Shown here: positions 1 through 16,492 of the stretch, one piece after another | Numbering within the stretch: position 1 is the first letter of the stretch | Layout of the letters: each line of letters opens with the position of its first letter | DNA from: the human T2T-CHM13v2.0 reference genome, Homo sapiens | Reading direction: 5' to 3' (one strand) | Length of the DNA: 64,000 nucleotides | Assembly: GCF_009914755.1 (NCBI RefSeq) | Contig: NC_060941.1 | Program-made: the position numbers and the translations under genes | Notes under the pieces: model-generated | What the model was told of the DNA's origin: nothing | Database searches by the model: none | Seen by the model: only the letters and a program-made list of their open reading frames with translations

Positions 1-610
<610 letters not shown>

Positions 611-696
611 TCAAAGCCAAGGGAATTAATCCCTAATGGTAGGAGGTGATATTTGACAGGAATATTTGAGGATGTTGTTTTGAGGAGGAAGAGGAG

Positions 697-1199
697 TGTA
701 TTAGTCAGGGTTCTCTAGAGGGACAGAACTAATAGGATATTATATACATATATATATATATGAGTATATATATATGAGTTTATATATATATGAGTTTATA
801 TATATATATATGAGTTTATTAAGGAATATTAAACTCACATGATCACAAGGTCCCACAATAGTCCATCTGCAAGCTGAGGAGCAAGGAAGCCAGTTCGAAT
901 CCCAAAGGTGAAGAACTTGGAGTCTGATGTTCGAGTGCAGGAAACATCCAGCATGGGAGAAAGATGTAGGCTGGGAGGCTAAGCCAGTCTAGTATTTTCA
1001 CATTCTTCTGCCTGCTTTTATCCTAGCTGTGCTGGCAGCTGATTAGATTGTGTCCAGCCAGATTAAGGGTGGGTCTGCCTTTCCCAGCCCACTGACTCAA
1101 ACGTTAATCTCCTTTGGAAATACCCTCACAGACACACCCAGGATCAATACTTTGCACCTTTCAATCCAATCAAGTTGACACTCAGTACTAACCATCACA
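697..1199 (-). mobile_element. MLT2A-type solo LTR (ERVL)
   Basis: tgtattagtcagggttctctagagggacagaact...accatcaca; internal (TA)n; 5-bp TSD aggag at 692-696 and 1200-1204. Confidence 0.88.
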
Positions 1200-1570
1200 A
1201 GGAGGTAAAAGAGAAAGAGGAAAGGGCAGCCATAAAGAAAGGGAGCCTTGGCCTGAGGACACGGGCCTCTTCTGTTCTCTCAGGGAGACCCACCTGAGCA
1301 TAGATCACCTTTCCAGGTGGACTAGAGGCTCCAGGAGGCCCCTCCAAGCCTCTCCCACTATGCAAGCCTTGCTCTCTCTTCTATCCTGTATTGGGAAGGG
1401 GGGTAGAATACAGGATAAGATGAGCTCTCCAGCCCCTGGGGAACCCCCCAGGGGGAGATCCTAGGGGAGTGAGGTACAGGGTTAGTGAGCCAATAGGCAT
1501 GACTGAGCATCTATTAGGCGTCAGTTTCCGAACACACAGGGATGTGTAGGACACGGTGTCATCCATGTAA

Positions 1571-2000
<430 letters not shown>

Positions 2001-5000
2001 ATCAATGTCTCTTAACTCATACTCTAGTTGTGGCAATCGGATATCTAGAGAAAGGGTGGCTAAAAAGCTCAGTGATAAGTGAGCAGTCACCTAAGATAAG
2101 TTACAAGGGGGGTGTCAAGGGAGGTTTCAGGAGGGCTTGGGACAGAGGAGTGGGCTGGCAGGGTAGGTGGCTTCTTCTCACCTGTAGACCTGGCTGGCCT
2201 GGTTGTCCTTGAGGAGACCCTGGCCCAGAGGCTTCACTGGTTCTTGAGCTCCATGGATTCCCAGGAGCTTGTCTGGGCTGGGCAACCCTGAAAGGCCCAG
2301 TGTCCACAGGGTTCCTGGCAGCCCAGAAACTCCTGGGCATCTAGGGTGGTCCTGGGGCCCTTCATGGCCAGAGTAGACCTAAGGTCCTAGTGGTCATAGA
2401 GATCCTGGTCTGCCAGGAGGTCCAGAGGCCCAATTCCACCCTGCAACTGGAAGAAGAGGCTGGAGTCATGGATGTGAACCACAGAAGTAGGGGTGTGTAT
2501 TCGAAGGTAGGGGTCTCTTACAGGGGCAGTCAGTGGGGCCAAGCCTGGGAACCCTGCTGGGAGTAGAGCGTGCACACGGGAAAGTGCCCACGGCCCTGAG
2601 ATCACTTAGGGAAATCCAAGATGGTCCTGGGGGTGGGGCTACTGAGTTCCAGGTCCTATCCCAGCACTTGGGTGTAAATATAGAGATGGTCTCTATAGTT
2701 AGAGACAATATGGTTTCTTAGCTTGAGACTCCTGTCATCACCTTTACCCCAGACCCTTAATTCACAGGATCTTCAACCACAATTCTACCCAAATAATACC
2801 ATCACCTGTCGTCCACCCACCCTACTCATTACCCACCCACCATCCATTCAGCCCCATCCACCATTCACTCTCCTCCCCACCCACTCACCATCCACCCATT
2901 TGTCTGCCTACCGTCAACTCACCACCCACTTCCTACCAACTGCATACCATCCACCCTCACCGCTGGTCTAGCTGCTCCTTCCAAAAGTAGTGCTAATCAG
3001 GAGCCACAGAGGGTGCTGGGAGGCTAGGGTCTCTGAGGAGGGTCTGGGGGTCCCCTGGGGAGTTCCTAAGGAGCAGGGAATCTTAGGATCCCTAAAGCTC
3101 CCTTTCACCAGGAAAGCCAGAGGCCCATTCTGTCCTGGGGTACTCCTCTGCCCCTGCTTTCCCTGCTGGAACAAATGGGACATGCAGTAGAGATGGAAGC
3201 AGGGAGGAGAGGGTTTTCTGTCTCACTCCAGCTCCTTAGTCTTCCTTTTGTTCACCCACCTCCCCTCCACTGCCATCCCAGAGGATCCCAAAGGCCCAGA
3301 GATTTCTCACCCAGGGTGGCACTTATCTGACATTCAGGGGGCCCAGCAGGGCAGGCACATCCAGAAGGTGAGTTGGGAGCAGGATGAGATAGGCTTGGAA
3401 GAGAGGTTAGAATCAGGCTGGCTTTTAGATTACTAAGTCCCACCTCCCCATTGTACAAATGGGAAAACTAAGGCCCAAAGAGAGGTGTAACCATAGATGA
3501 CTGCAACGGGGCGGCAAGCTGACCTGGGGGATGGGGTGAGAAAGCCAGTGATGCCTCCTCATGTGGTGGGGAATAGGGTCACATGAACCTGTCACTTTCT
3601 CCCTAGCTCTGACATTCCACATAAGGTCCTTGGGAGGCAATAGGGTGGGGCCCAAGAAGAGAGGAGTAGGAGGGGGTGGAGTGCTGTGTGCCTCTACCCA
3701 GCATCCATCTGTTTCCCTGACCATCTCACCTTTTCAGGCTGTACACCTTCTCTCCCTCCCCTATCCCATGCCTGCTTACTTGTTTGCCTGTGTAGGAGCC
3801 AGGTACTGAGGAGTACAGGTCAGTGTGGCCTGAAAGAGCCTAATGAAACTCCCATTCATTAGTGGAAGTCAGGGTGGGGAGTGGGGGCAGGGGACCAGCA
3901 TTCCAGGTAGCTGACCCCTGCCTCGGACTTTGGACTCAGAACCCAGGGGTCTGACTTGAGGAACAGCAGAAACCCATCCTCCAGTCCATTGCCCTCAGAG
4001 GGCTCTTGGGTGCTGCTGGGAGCAAGCCTGATGGATAGATGTGGGCTCTGAGACTTGGTCTAGCTTGACAGCTACTACCTCATTCTTTCCTCTGAAGAAT
4101 GAACAAATGAATGAAGAGGGAGACTTTACCCCAGACCCTTAATTCACAGGACCTTCAACCACTCTTCTACCCAAATAATGCCATCACCTGTCATCCACCC
4201 ACCACCTACTCATATCTGTTTTCTGATATCTGATTTCATATCTGTTTCTAAATCTCTCCCACCTCTGCAAGTTTTTCATTTCATCACATCTATTCACCTG
4301 TCTGTGCCTTTCCATCTCTCTGTCCTGTTCCCTCTTTCAGCCCCTCCCTCTCTTGGTTTTTCCCTTGCTAGTACTCCCTCCTCTTCTCTCTATCCTTTCA
4401 CTCCAAATCATCATAGAATCTTAGCATCAGAAGAGACCCAAGAGGGTCATAATAAGGACACCATCAATTTGTAACCTGCTTTCTGGTATACAAGTCTGTC
4501 ATTTTAATAGACAGCCTCATTTGATCCTCCTTAACAGCCTGCCAGAGTGAAGTAGGGAATAGCATCCCCAGTTTACAGATAAGGAAACTGAGGTTCACAG
4601 TGGTGAAGAGACAAGCCCACAGCTAATAAGGACAGAGCTGAGATCTGAACCCTTGGCTCGGACTGCAGGACCAGTGCAGACTGCCCCACAGTTTGTGCAT
4701 CCCAAGCTGGGAGCAAAGCTCTTTTCCATTTCAGGCTGTCTGGCTTTCCCCTGGCTTGGGGCCCAGCTTCTGCTGCTCTTTAGATCATCATGACTGGGTG
4801 GGGGTAAGGAACAGCCCACACAGATCTCAAAGATTACTGGCTCCAAACATCAAGTCTCTGAAAATGGTGCAGACCAAGGGAGTGAATCCAGGCTTCAGGA
4901 GAGGAGACAGAGGCTCTGTGGATTAGGAGTTCCAGGTGTAATAGGCCTTGTTGCTGGGCCTACCCAGCCCTGTTCCTCTGCCGTCAAGTTCTCTCCAGCC

Positions 5001-6205
5001 ATCAACCAGTCATCTTTACCTCTCTCAGGCCAAAGACAAAAGGAGACTGCAGTGAAAGAGGCCCCTGGCATGGAAAGCCTGCTGGGCTCTGTGGCTTCTC
5101 TCTGAGACCCTTTCTTCGCGTAGCTGAGGTTAGATCTGGGGCCCGGGATGCACCCTGACTGAGGGCACCAGAACTCTCAGGTTAGCGCTAGAGCTGGGCC
5201 AGCAGGGAAGACACAACCCCCTCTGGGCACACAGAATCTGACAACTGGAGTTGGAAAGACAAGGGCTTCTGTGGTAGCAGGGCCCACTGGGCAGGAGGAA
5301 AAGGTGCTGATTGGGTTTGGGGAAAAGTCTCCAAGGCTGTGCTGCCTCTGGAGGTGGGGAGCGGGAGGTGCAAGTTGGAGGCTGGGTGTGAATGCAACAC
5401 AGGCTCTGTTGTCCCAAAAATGAGTTTGAATGACATTGAGTTGCATGTGACCTTAAGCCCATGTTTTTACTACCTGGAGCCCCATCTATAAAATGGGTTT
5501 ATAGGGTTACCATGGTAATCAATGATCATAATAACAGGCATTGAGCCTTACTCCATGCCAGGCACTGTGTTTAGTGCTTTACACACATTGTCTCAGTAGG
5601 TTTCTGCACAGCCCTATCAGGCTGGGCTGGCATTATCTCTCTTACAACTGAGGGCATTTGAGGATAAGAGGGAGGATGCCACTTTGCCAAAGTCACAGAG
5701 CTAGTAAATGGCAAATCCAGGATTCAGTGCAGGCCTTTTGGCTCCAGGCTCTTAATCTCATTCACTTGGCTGGTCATGGCTAATAACTAACACTCATTGG
5801 GCGCTTAATGTTTGGCAGGCAGCATTCTCAGTGTTTTATGCAGATTCATTCATTTAGTCATCATAGCCACACTATAATGATGTTCATTTAATATGAAGGA
5901 TGAGGACACTGAGGCACAGGCTAACTTATCCTGGTTTCTGCTGCCAGGAATCCAGCCCAGGCAGGCTGACTTGAGAGTCAGCACTCTTTAAAAAAATAAA
6001 AAGGAAAAGCCTTTTTTTTTTTTTTTCAGTAAAAATGGAAGTATAACATGCATACAGAAAAGTGCAGAAATGAGAAATGTCTAGCTCAATAAATGTTCAC
6101 TTAGTGAGGTTGTAACTAAATAATATTACCTGTACCCCATAAGGCTACCTTCACTCCTCTCCCCACATGTAAACTTTATCCTGATTTCTAAAAATATAGA
6201 TTAGT

Positions 6206-7194
<989 letters not shown>

Positions 7195-9709
7195 TTAGTT
7201 TTGCCTGTTTTTGAGTTTATATAGAGTGATACAGCAGTAATCTTTTGCTAACATATGATTTGTCTATATCGATGGATGTATCAACAGCATATTCAAGTCG
7301 AGACTTAACCATTCTACTGTTGGTTCCATTTCTGGCTATTCTGAAGAGTGCTGCTGTGACACTCTTGAACATGTGTTTTGGAACACACACACACACACAT
7401 TTCTGCTGGGTATATATCTAGGGGTGGAATTACTGGTTGCTTCTCAGTGGTTGTACAAATTTGTTTTCTTACAAGCATTATATGAGAATCCCCTTACTCC
7501 ACATTCTGGTATTGTCAGTATTTTATTTTTTTACCCATCTGGTGGGTATGGAGTGGTTTCCCATTATGTTTTTCCATGTGTATGTATTAAATGAGGCATA
7601 ACTGGAAGCAGGCACTCTTACCACCTACTCCGTACAGTTTCTCCTAACAATCCCATGCACTGCGTATTTCACAGATGAGGAAATGGAGGCACGCCGTTAC
7701 TCCCTTTCCTCTCTTGCAGTCCCCTCACCTTTCCTGGAGGCCCTTCCCTACTTTTCCAAGTGGGATTGGGATGTCTGGTCACTACCAATCTTGAGAGGCC
7801 CCTCAGGCCAGGATGTTCTTTTGGGAAGGGAGAAGAGGAAGGTTGGGATGAAGTGGGCAGGGGTAAGGAGGAGAGAAAGGATGAGGCATAGACGCTGGCA
7901 TGAAGGATCCTGGCTCTGGCTATGGAATGATGGGGCCAGAAGAGAGTCTGGGCATATGCAGAAGGCATGACTGGTGCTATCTGTAAGCTCCTACTGCTGG
8001 TGGGGAAAGGGGGAGGCATGCAGCTGGGGAGTAAGGGCCCTGTGCGCATGGGTGTTGGAGATCACTCTGAAGGTCCAGCAAACTCTGGGGGCTTACGAGT
8101 CTAAAGTCTTATGCCCCCTCTGTGGGGGCGTCTCTAAGCCTAAAGCCCTTTTGGAGGACTCCCTGGGTTCAGAGGTCCCTTGGTCTCTTTAGGATTTCCT
8201 AAGGGGAAGGTGGCACTTTTTTCCTCAGGGTTGGGGAAACAGGACTCAGGGCCTGGAGGCCCTCTAGGGAATGTGGACAGGGTGTCTGCTCTGATTCTGG
8301 GCCTCTGATCTGTCAGGCCACCTGCCCTCTGACTCAACAAGCATTAGGGGAAGCAGGGCAAACGACTTCCCAGCCCAACCTCTGGCTCTCTCTGCTCAAA
8401 GTGCCCTGTGTGTCGTCGTTTCTGCAAGTGTCCTCTGCAAGATTTTCCCAGGTTGCACTTTCTTCTTCTGCTCCTACCCCCATCTTTCTCGAGTTCTGAG
8501 CCCAAAGCTCACGGTCAAAGAAGGCTAAGATTGTAGCAGGCAATAAATGTATTTGGCACAAGTCTTGGCTCAATTACTTGCTAGCTGTATACTCTTGGGT
8601 TAGCCTCATCACTTCTCGGGGTGGTGACAGAACTCTCACAGGGCCCAACATCATTCACTTGGCTTGTCTCCTGCTTAAGCTTTGGACAATGAGAAAGCGC
8701 TCCTGTTGGTGCCAATTGGCCTGGAAGCGTTGCAGGCTCTGGAGTGTTGGAAGCCATGCCAGCATGGGGCCTTGGACCATGCAAAAGGAATCCGGAGGTC
8801 CTAGATTCCTAGATTGCCAGAGCTGGAAGGGCCTTCACAATTCAACAAGTTGCCTTCCCCCATTTTACAGATGGCCAAACTGAAGCTAAGGAACAGGAAG
8901 TGGTCACAAAGCTGGTGAGCAGCTAAGCAGGATGGCCTGGAGATATGAAACTGGATCCTGGCCAGCCCAACTGTGGATGGCTTTCCTCTCCCCTCCCCCT
9001 CTCTTGCCTGGGTGTTCACCTCTGGAACCATGTGTTCCCAGGGAAGGACCCAGGCTCCATAGTCTGGGACTGGGCTGGACCAGGCCTCCCTCTGCACTGT
9101 GTTGTCTCTATGGAGATCCTGGCTCTCTTGATCTGGTCTCTCCAAGTATGGGGCCCTGGTGGGCAGGAAGGCAGCTGTACTGATACACCATTGCTCAGCC
9201 CACATCTGCGGTGACTGTGGGGGTGCCCTGTCTGGGACCTGGATGTCAGCTGACATGGAGGGGAGCTAAGATCCTCTACTCAGTGTGGGCACAGTGGACA
9301 TTCCAGGGCAATCAGGAAAGGGGCTGGGAGGCCAAAGTTATGAGGAGGCCTGGGGCCCAGTCCCCTACCAATGCCACCTCTGCCCTGATCTCCCCACCCA
9401 GCTTGTACTCTGTGTCAGACTCTTTTGCCCTTGTTGGCATTAGAGTGCTCTGACAGCTGTTTTGAAAGGCAGTAAAGCATAGGGGCTAATAGTACAGACT
9501 CTGGAGCCAGACTGCTTGGGTTCACATCCCTGTTCTTCCACTTACTTGCTGTGTGACTCTGAGTAAGTTACAAACCTCTCCATGCCTCTGTTTCCTTGTC
9601 TTAAAAACGGGATGGTGATAGTGCCTAGTTCACGAGGTTGCTGTGAAGTGCTCATGAGTGAAGCACTTAGATCCCTATCCTGCATGTAGTCTGTGACTAC
9701 TGTGTTAAC

Positions 9710-10500
<791 letters not shown>

Positions 10501-10834
10501 CATGCTCTTTATACAGCCTCTCCCAGACACGACACTTGCAGGCTGAAGGGGGACACTAAACCCAGTCTTCTGAGAGCCTCTAGTTCAGTGGGGGAGACAC
10601 AGGTCTTGCCACCAGGGGGTCTCAGCCATGTGGAGAAGTTACAGTTCCCAGCAGGAGAGGGGTAGGAGGGAGCAAACACTTGGTGCTTACTATGTGCCAG
10701 GCAATTTGGATAGGTCTCTCTCTCTTTCTTGCTGCAAAGTCCCATTTTCCAGATAAGGCCTGAAGCTCAGAGAGCTCAAGTAACTTGTTTTAGGTTTCCT
10801 AGTGAGCCCAGTGACACGGCTGGGGTCAGAATCC

Positions 10835-10849
10835 AGGTCATTGTGACAC
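10835..10849. promoter_or_regulatory. Near-consensus estrogen response element ~4.1 kb upstream of the IGFBP4 TSS
   Basis: AGGTCAttgTGACAC, one mismatch in the GGTCAnnnTGACC core; IGFBP4 is an established estrogen-induced gene. Confidence 0.65.
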
Positions 10850-10904
10850 TCACACTGTGCTGATTCTTGTAGCATGGAAGGCCATTGGCTCAAGGATCAT
10901 CTCT

Positions 10905-11430
<526 letters not shown>

Positions 11431-12159
11431 GATCATCTCTAATGAAGACTTTCAGCCTGTATGCCCTGAATGTAAAACTGACCACCTGTGGCTCTGGATC
11501 CCCATTGTGCCCCATATGAACATCTCCCAGGGCACCTGCACACTTCTCAGATTTATTTTATTTACATACTATCGTCCCTCATTAGGCAGTGAGCTCCTTG
11601 AGGGCAGGGGGTGATCTTGGTCATCTCTGCATCCCTGGTATGTAGCATAAAGCCTGTGCATATTAGGCGTTCAGTAAATCTGTGTTACATGAATGGTAGG
11701 AGGTGCTTGGAAGGCCTCTTTCCTGTGCATCTTCCTGCCTCCTTGGAATTAACCCAATGATGAGGGGTGGAGGGACACCAGAGGATGGACTGAGGGGCTG
11801 GCGTTGAGGTGTGGGAATCTGTCTCATCTGGCAACCTTTGCAGATTCCCACACTCACCTGCACTCATGCTTCATCCCAGGCATGTTGCGTGGGTTTGTCC
11901 GGCCTCTCCTGCACTCCTGCCTCTGTGTCCTGGCACCTTTTCTCCTCTTGGGCTTGCTGAACAGGGCACATGTCTGGCATTGGGAGCAGAACTACTCTTC
12001 TCCATTCATTTTACTCTCACAAGAGCTTCAAGAGGTAGGATGGGTGGAGATGATCTACCTCCATGTTACAGCTAAGGTCAGTCAAACTCCAAGTTCACGC
12101 AAGTTGGTGGCAGAACAGGGTCCAGTGATGATCAAGGAAGGAGATGGGGTGGGGAACGT

Positions 12160-12464
<305 letters not shown>

Positions 12465-13171
12465 TGGGGGCAGTTTTCTGAATCAGGCACAGGCTGGGCT
12501 TCCCCAGGGACTTGAGGAAGCTGGTTCTGTTTGCCCTTCTCCAAGGCATATGGGGCAGAAGGGTCCCCACTTCATCTATGAGATGGAATGGAGAGAACCC
12601 CAGAATCTTGGCCCCAGCCATCACTTTCCAGCCCTTCTGCAGTCTTGATGGTTGCCAGTAGGTGCCGTCAGTTTGCAACTTTTTGGTCTGTCCTGCAGGT
12701 CCGGCTGCCAGTCCCAATCTCCCTGCAATCATCTCTCAGTAAGTAGGAGGTAGCCCAATCCCCGTGAGGCTGAAAGACCCCTGTCCTGGGGGAAGAAGCA
12801 GGAAGAGGGTCTCTGAACTGCATTTCAGCTTGGCTGACCTGCAGCTTTCTAGGCCGAGACAAAAAAAAAAAAAAATCCACAGTGGGTTACTGATTATTCC
12901 TGGACAGGTACGCTTAACCTGAAACCAGCTCCAGTACAGCAGAAGCCTTTGTAGGGAAGAATGGGTGGGAATTAGCGGGGGCCTGAGAGGGAACCTAGGA
13001 GATGGATCTTTGCTCCAAATGCCACTCCAGGGCTCTTCTCAATTTGGGCAGGATTGGGCAAGGCTGGGGGAATAGGGATCAATAGGATTTTACAGAGGGT
13101 CAAGCCAGGCCCAACACTAGCCCAAGTAGCAACACTGGGTGAATTAAAAAAGCATCCCTTCCTTAAAATTC

Positions 13172-14316
<1,145 letters not shown>

Positions 14317-14921
14317 TGATTCCATCTTGGGGAAGCAGGGTGGACCAGGGCCCAAATGCGCCCTGGGGAGATTGCGGGGGCGGGAGAGGTTGCAAGGGGC
14401 AAGTGGCAAGAGCCTGTTAACGTCTTAGGGCCTCCAGGCCTTTCTGTGCCCCTAGCTGTGCCTGTACGCTTTACCCCACCTCAGGAGGCTTGGTCTCCAG
14501 CGGTTGAGGCTGGAAGCACCGGGGTGCGGTGGAAAGGGCTCTGTCCAGGAAGACCGGATCCGCAGAGCCGGGAGTCCGGGCTAGGAAGTCCCTTTCTCGG
14601 TGGGAGACTGAGGCCGCCTTGGCGGGGCGGGACGAGACTCCTCCGAGGTCGGGAAAGGGGGCCCCGCAGCAGCCCCTTGGCTTCCCTTCTCCCTTGCCTC
14701 CCCTCCGGGGCTCCGGTTCAGAGGCACTCTGGGCGCCTGCTACAGCTTCCAAACTGCGCCGCTTCCTTCTTCGGCAGAAAAGGACTTTCAGATGCGGCGG
14801 CGGCGGCGGCGGCGACTCAGGACAGCGCCCCCTCCCCCTAACGGCCGCCTCTCCCTCTCCCCCTCGCCCGCCCCGGCTCCCCCACCTCTGGGAAGGCGCT
14901 GGGGGTGTGGCCAGGGACCGG

Positions 14922-14927
14922 TATAAA
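14922..14927 (+). promoter_or_regulatory. IGFBP4: TATA box of IGFBP4 (TSS expected ~14950)
   Basis: gTATAAAg in GC-rich context ~315 nt upstream of the ATG. Confidence 0.9.
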
Positions 14928-15236
14928 GTCCGGGGGAGCCGGTCCCGGGCAGCCGCTCAGCCCCCTGCCCCTCGCCGCCCGCCGCCTGCCTGGGCCGGGC
15001 CGAGGATGCGGCGCAGCGCCTCGGCGGCCAGGCTTGCTCCCCTCCGGCACGCCTGCTAACTTCCCCCGCTACGTCCCCGTTCGCCCGCCGGGCCGCCCCG
15101 TCTCCCCGCGCCCTCCGGGTCGGGTCCTCCAGGAGCGCCAGGCGCTGCCGCCGTGTGCCCTCCGCCGCTCGCCCGCGCGCCCGCGCTCCCCGCCTGCGCC
15201 CAGCGCCCCGCGCCCGCGCCCAGTCCTCGGGCGGTC

Positions 15237-15585
15237 ATGCTGCCCCTCTGCCTCGTGGCCGCCCTGCTGCTGGCCGCCGGGCCCGGGCCGAGCCTGGGCG
15301 ACGAAGCCATCCACTGCCCGCCCTGCTCCGAGGAGAAGCTGGCGCGCTGCCGCCCCCCCGTGGGCTGCGAGGAGCTGGTGCGAGAGCCGGGCTGCGGCTG
15401 TTGCGCCACTTGCGCCCTGGGCTTGGGGATGCCCTGCGGGGTGTACACCCCCCGTTGCGGCTCGGGCCTGCGCTGCTACCCGCCCCGAGGGGTGGAGAAG
15501 CCCCTGCACACACTGATGCACGGGCAAGGCGTGTGCATGGAGCTGGCGGAGATCGAGGCCATCCAGGAAAGCCTGCAGCCCTCTG
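15237..15585 (+). CDS. IGFBP4: IGFBP4 coding exon 1 (signal peptide + IGFBP N-terminal domain)
   Basis: [30 protein letters not shown]...GCGCCATC (IGFBP GCGCCxxC motif); ends TCT G|GTAAG; 349 nt. Confidence 0.99.
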
Positions 15586-16358
15586 GTAAGGTACCCCTGG
15601 CCTCCCAATTCCCTCCTGAGTGCGCTCCCTTCCCAGCGGCTTCTTCCCCATTCCAGCCGCCCTGGAAGGCCCTTAAAAATCCCCTATGAGTTGAAGAGAA
15701 GGCAGGTACGTGGCAGGGCCCGACTGGCATGGGACAGGCTCATCAAGGAAACTGCTACCGAGTCCCTAGCAGCCTGTTGCCACCACCAAGGGAGACTGTC
15801 CCATCGCTCCATCTCAAACCTCCAAGGGTTGTCTGTTTGATAAGGGGGTCCCAGTGGGAGGCCTGGCTGCTGGTGCAGGAGTGGCAGATTAAGGTCCAGT
15901 TAAGTCAGCTGTCTAGGGCCAGAGAACTGGAGGATGGTGGTGGGGTGTGTGTTGGGGAGGATGAGGGAGTGGGGAAAGCTTTCTGTTCCTGATCCAGGCC
16001 GAGGGTGAAATCCCAGTGGTCTGGGGAGCCAGGGCCTGAACTTTTTTTTTACATGGTCCAGTGGTGGAGTGGGACATACAAATTAGAGGGACTTTGGCGT
16101 TGAGGGGCATTAGACTTGCCCTTCCCCAAAGCCCAGAGCCAGGTCACCTTGTTGTTTGAGAGGCAGTGGGAAGACAGGGGTCCCTCTGCCAGGCCTGGAC
16201 ACCTCTGCCTGCCCTGGTATACAGGCCCCCTGTTCTTTTCTCCAGGCAGGTAGGATTTGAGGTGGTAGAAAAGTCTTGGCTCCTAGCCGAGAGCTGCAGG
16301 AGCCTCATGTGTGTGGGATAGGGAATAGAGAAGGGGCCAGGGCGCCAGGGGAGAGAAA

Positions 16359-16492
<134 letters not shown>

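Larger units (their letters stand above)
14500..15600. promoter_or_regulatory. IGFBP4: CpG island, IGFBP4 promoter and exon 1
   Basis: Very high GC and CpG density, GC boxes, (GCG)7 at 14794-14814. Confidence 0.95.

Noticed and set aside
14356-15730. Many overlapping 90-200 aa ORFs on both strands
   Set aside because: Expected in a CpG island poor in stop codons; only IGFBP4 exon 1 and the uORF are supported.
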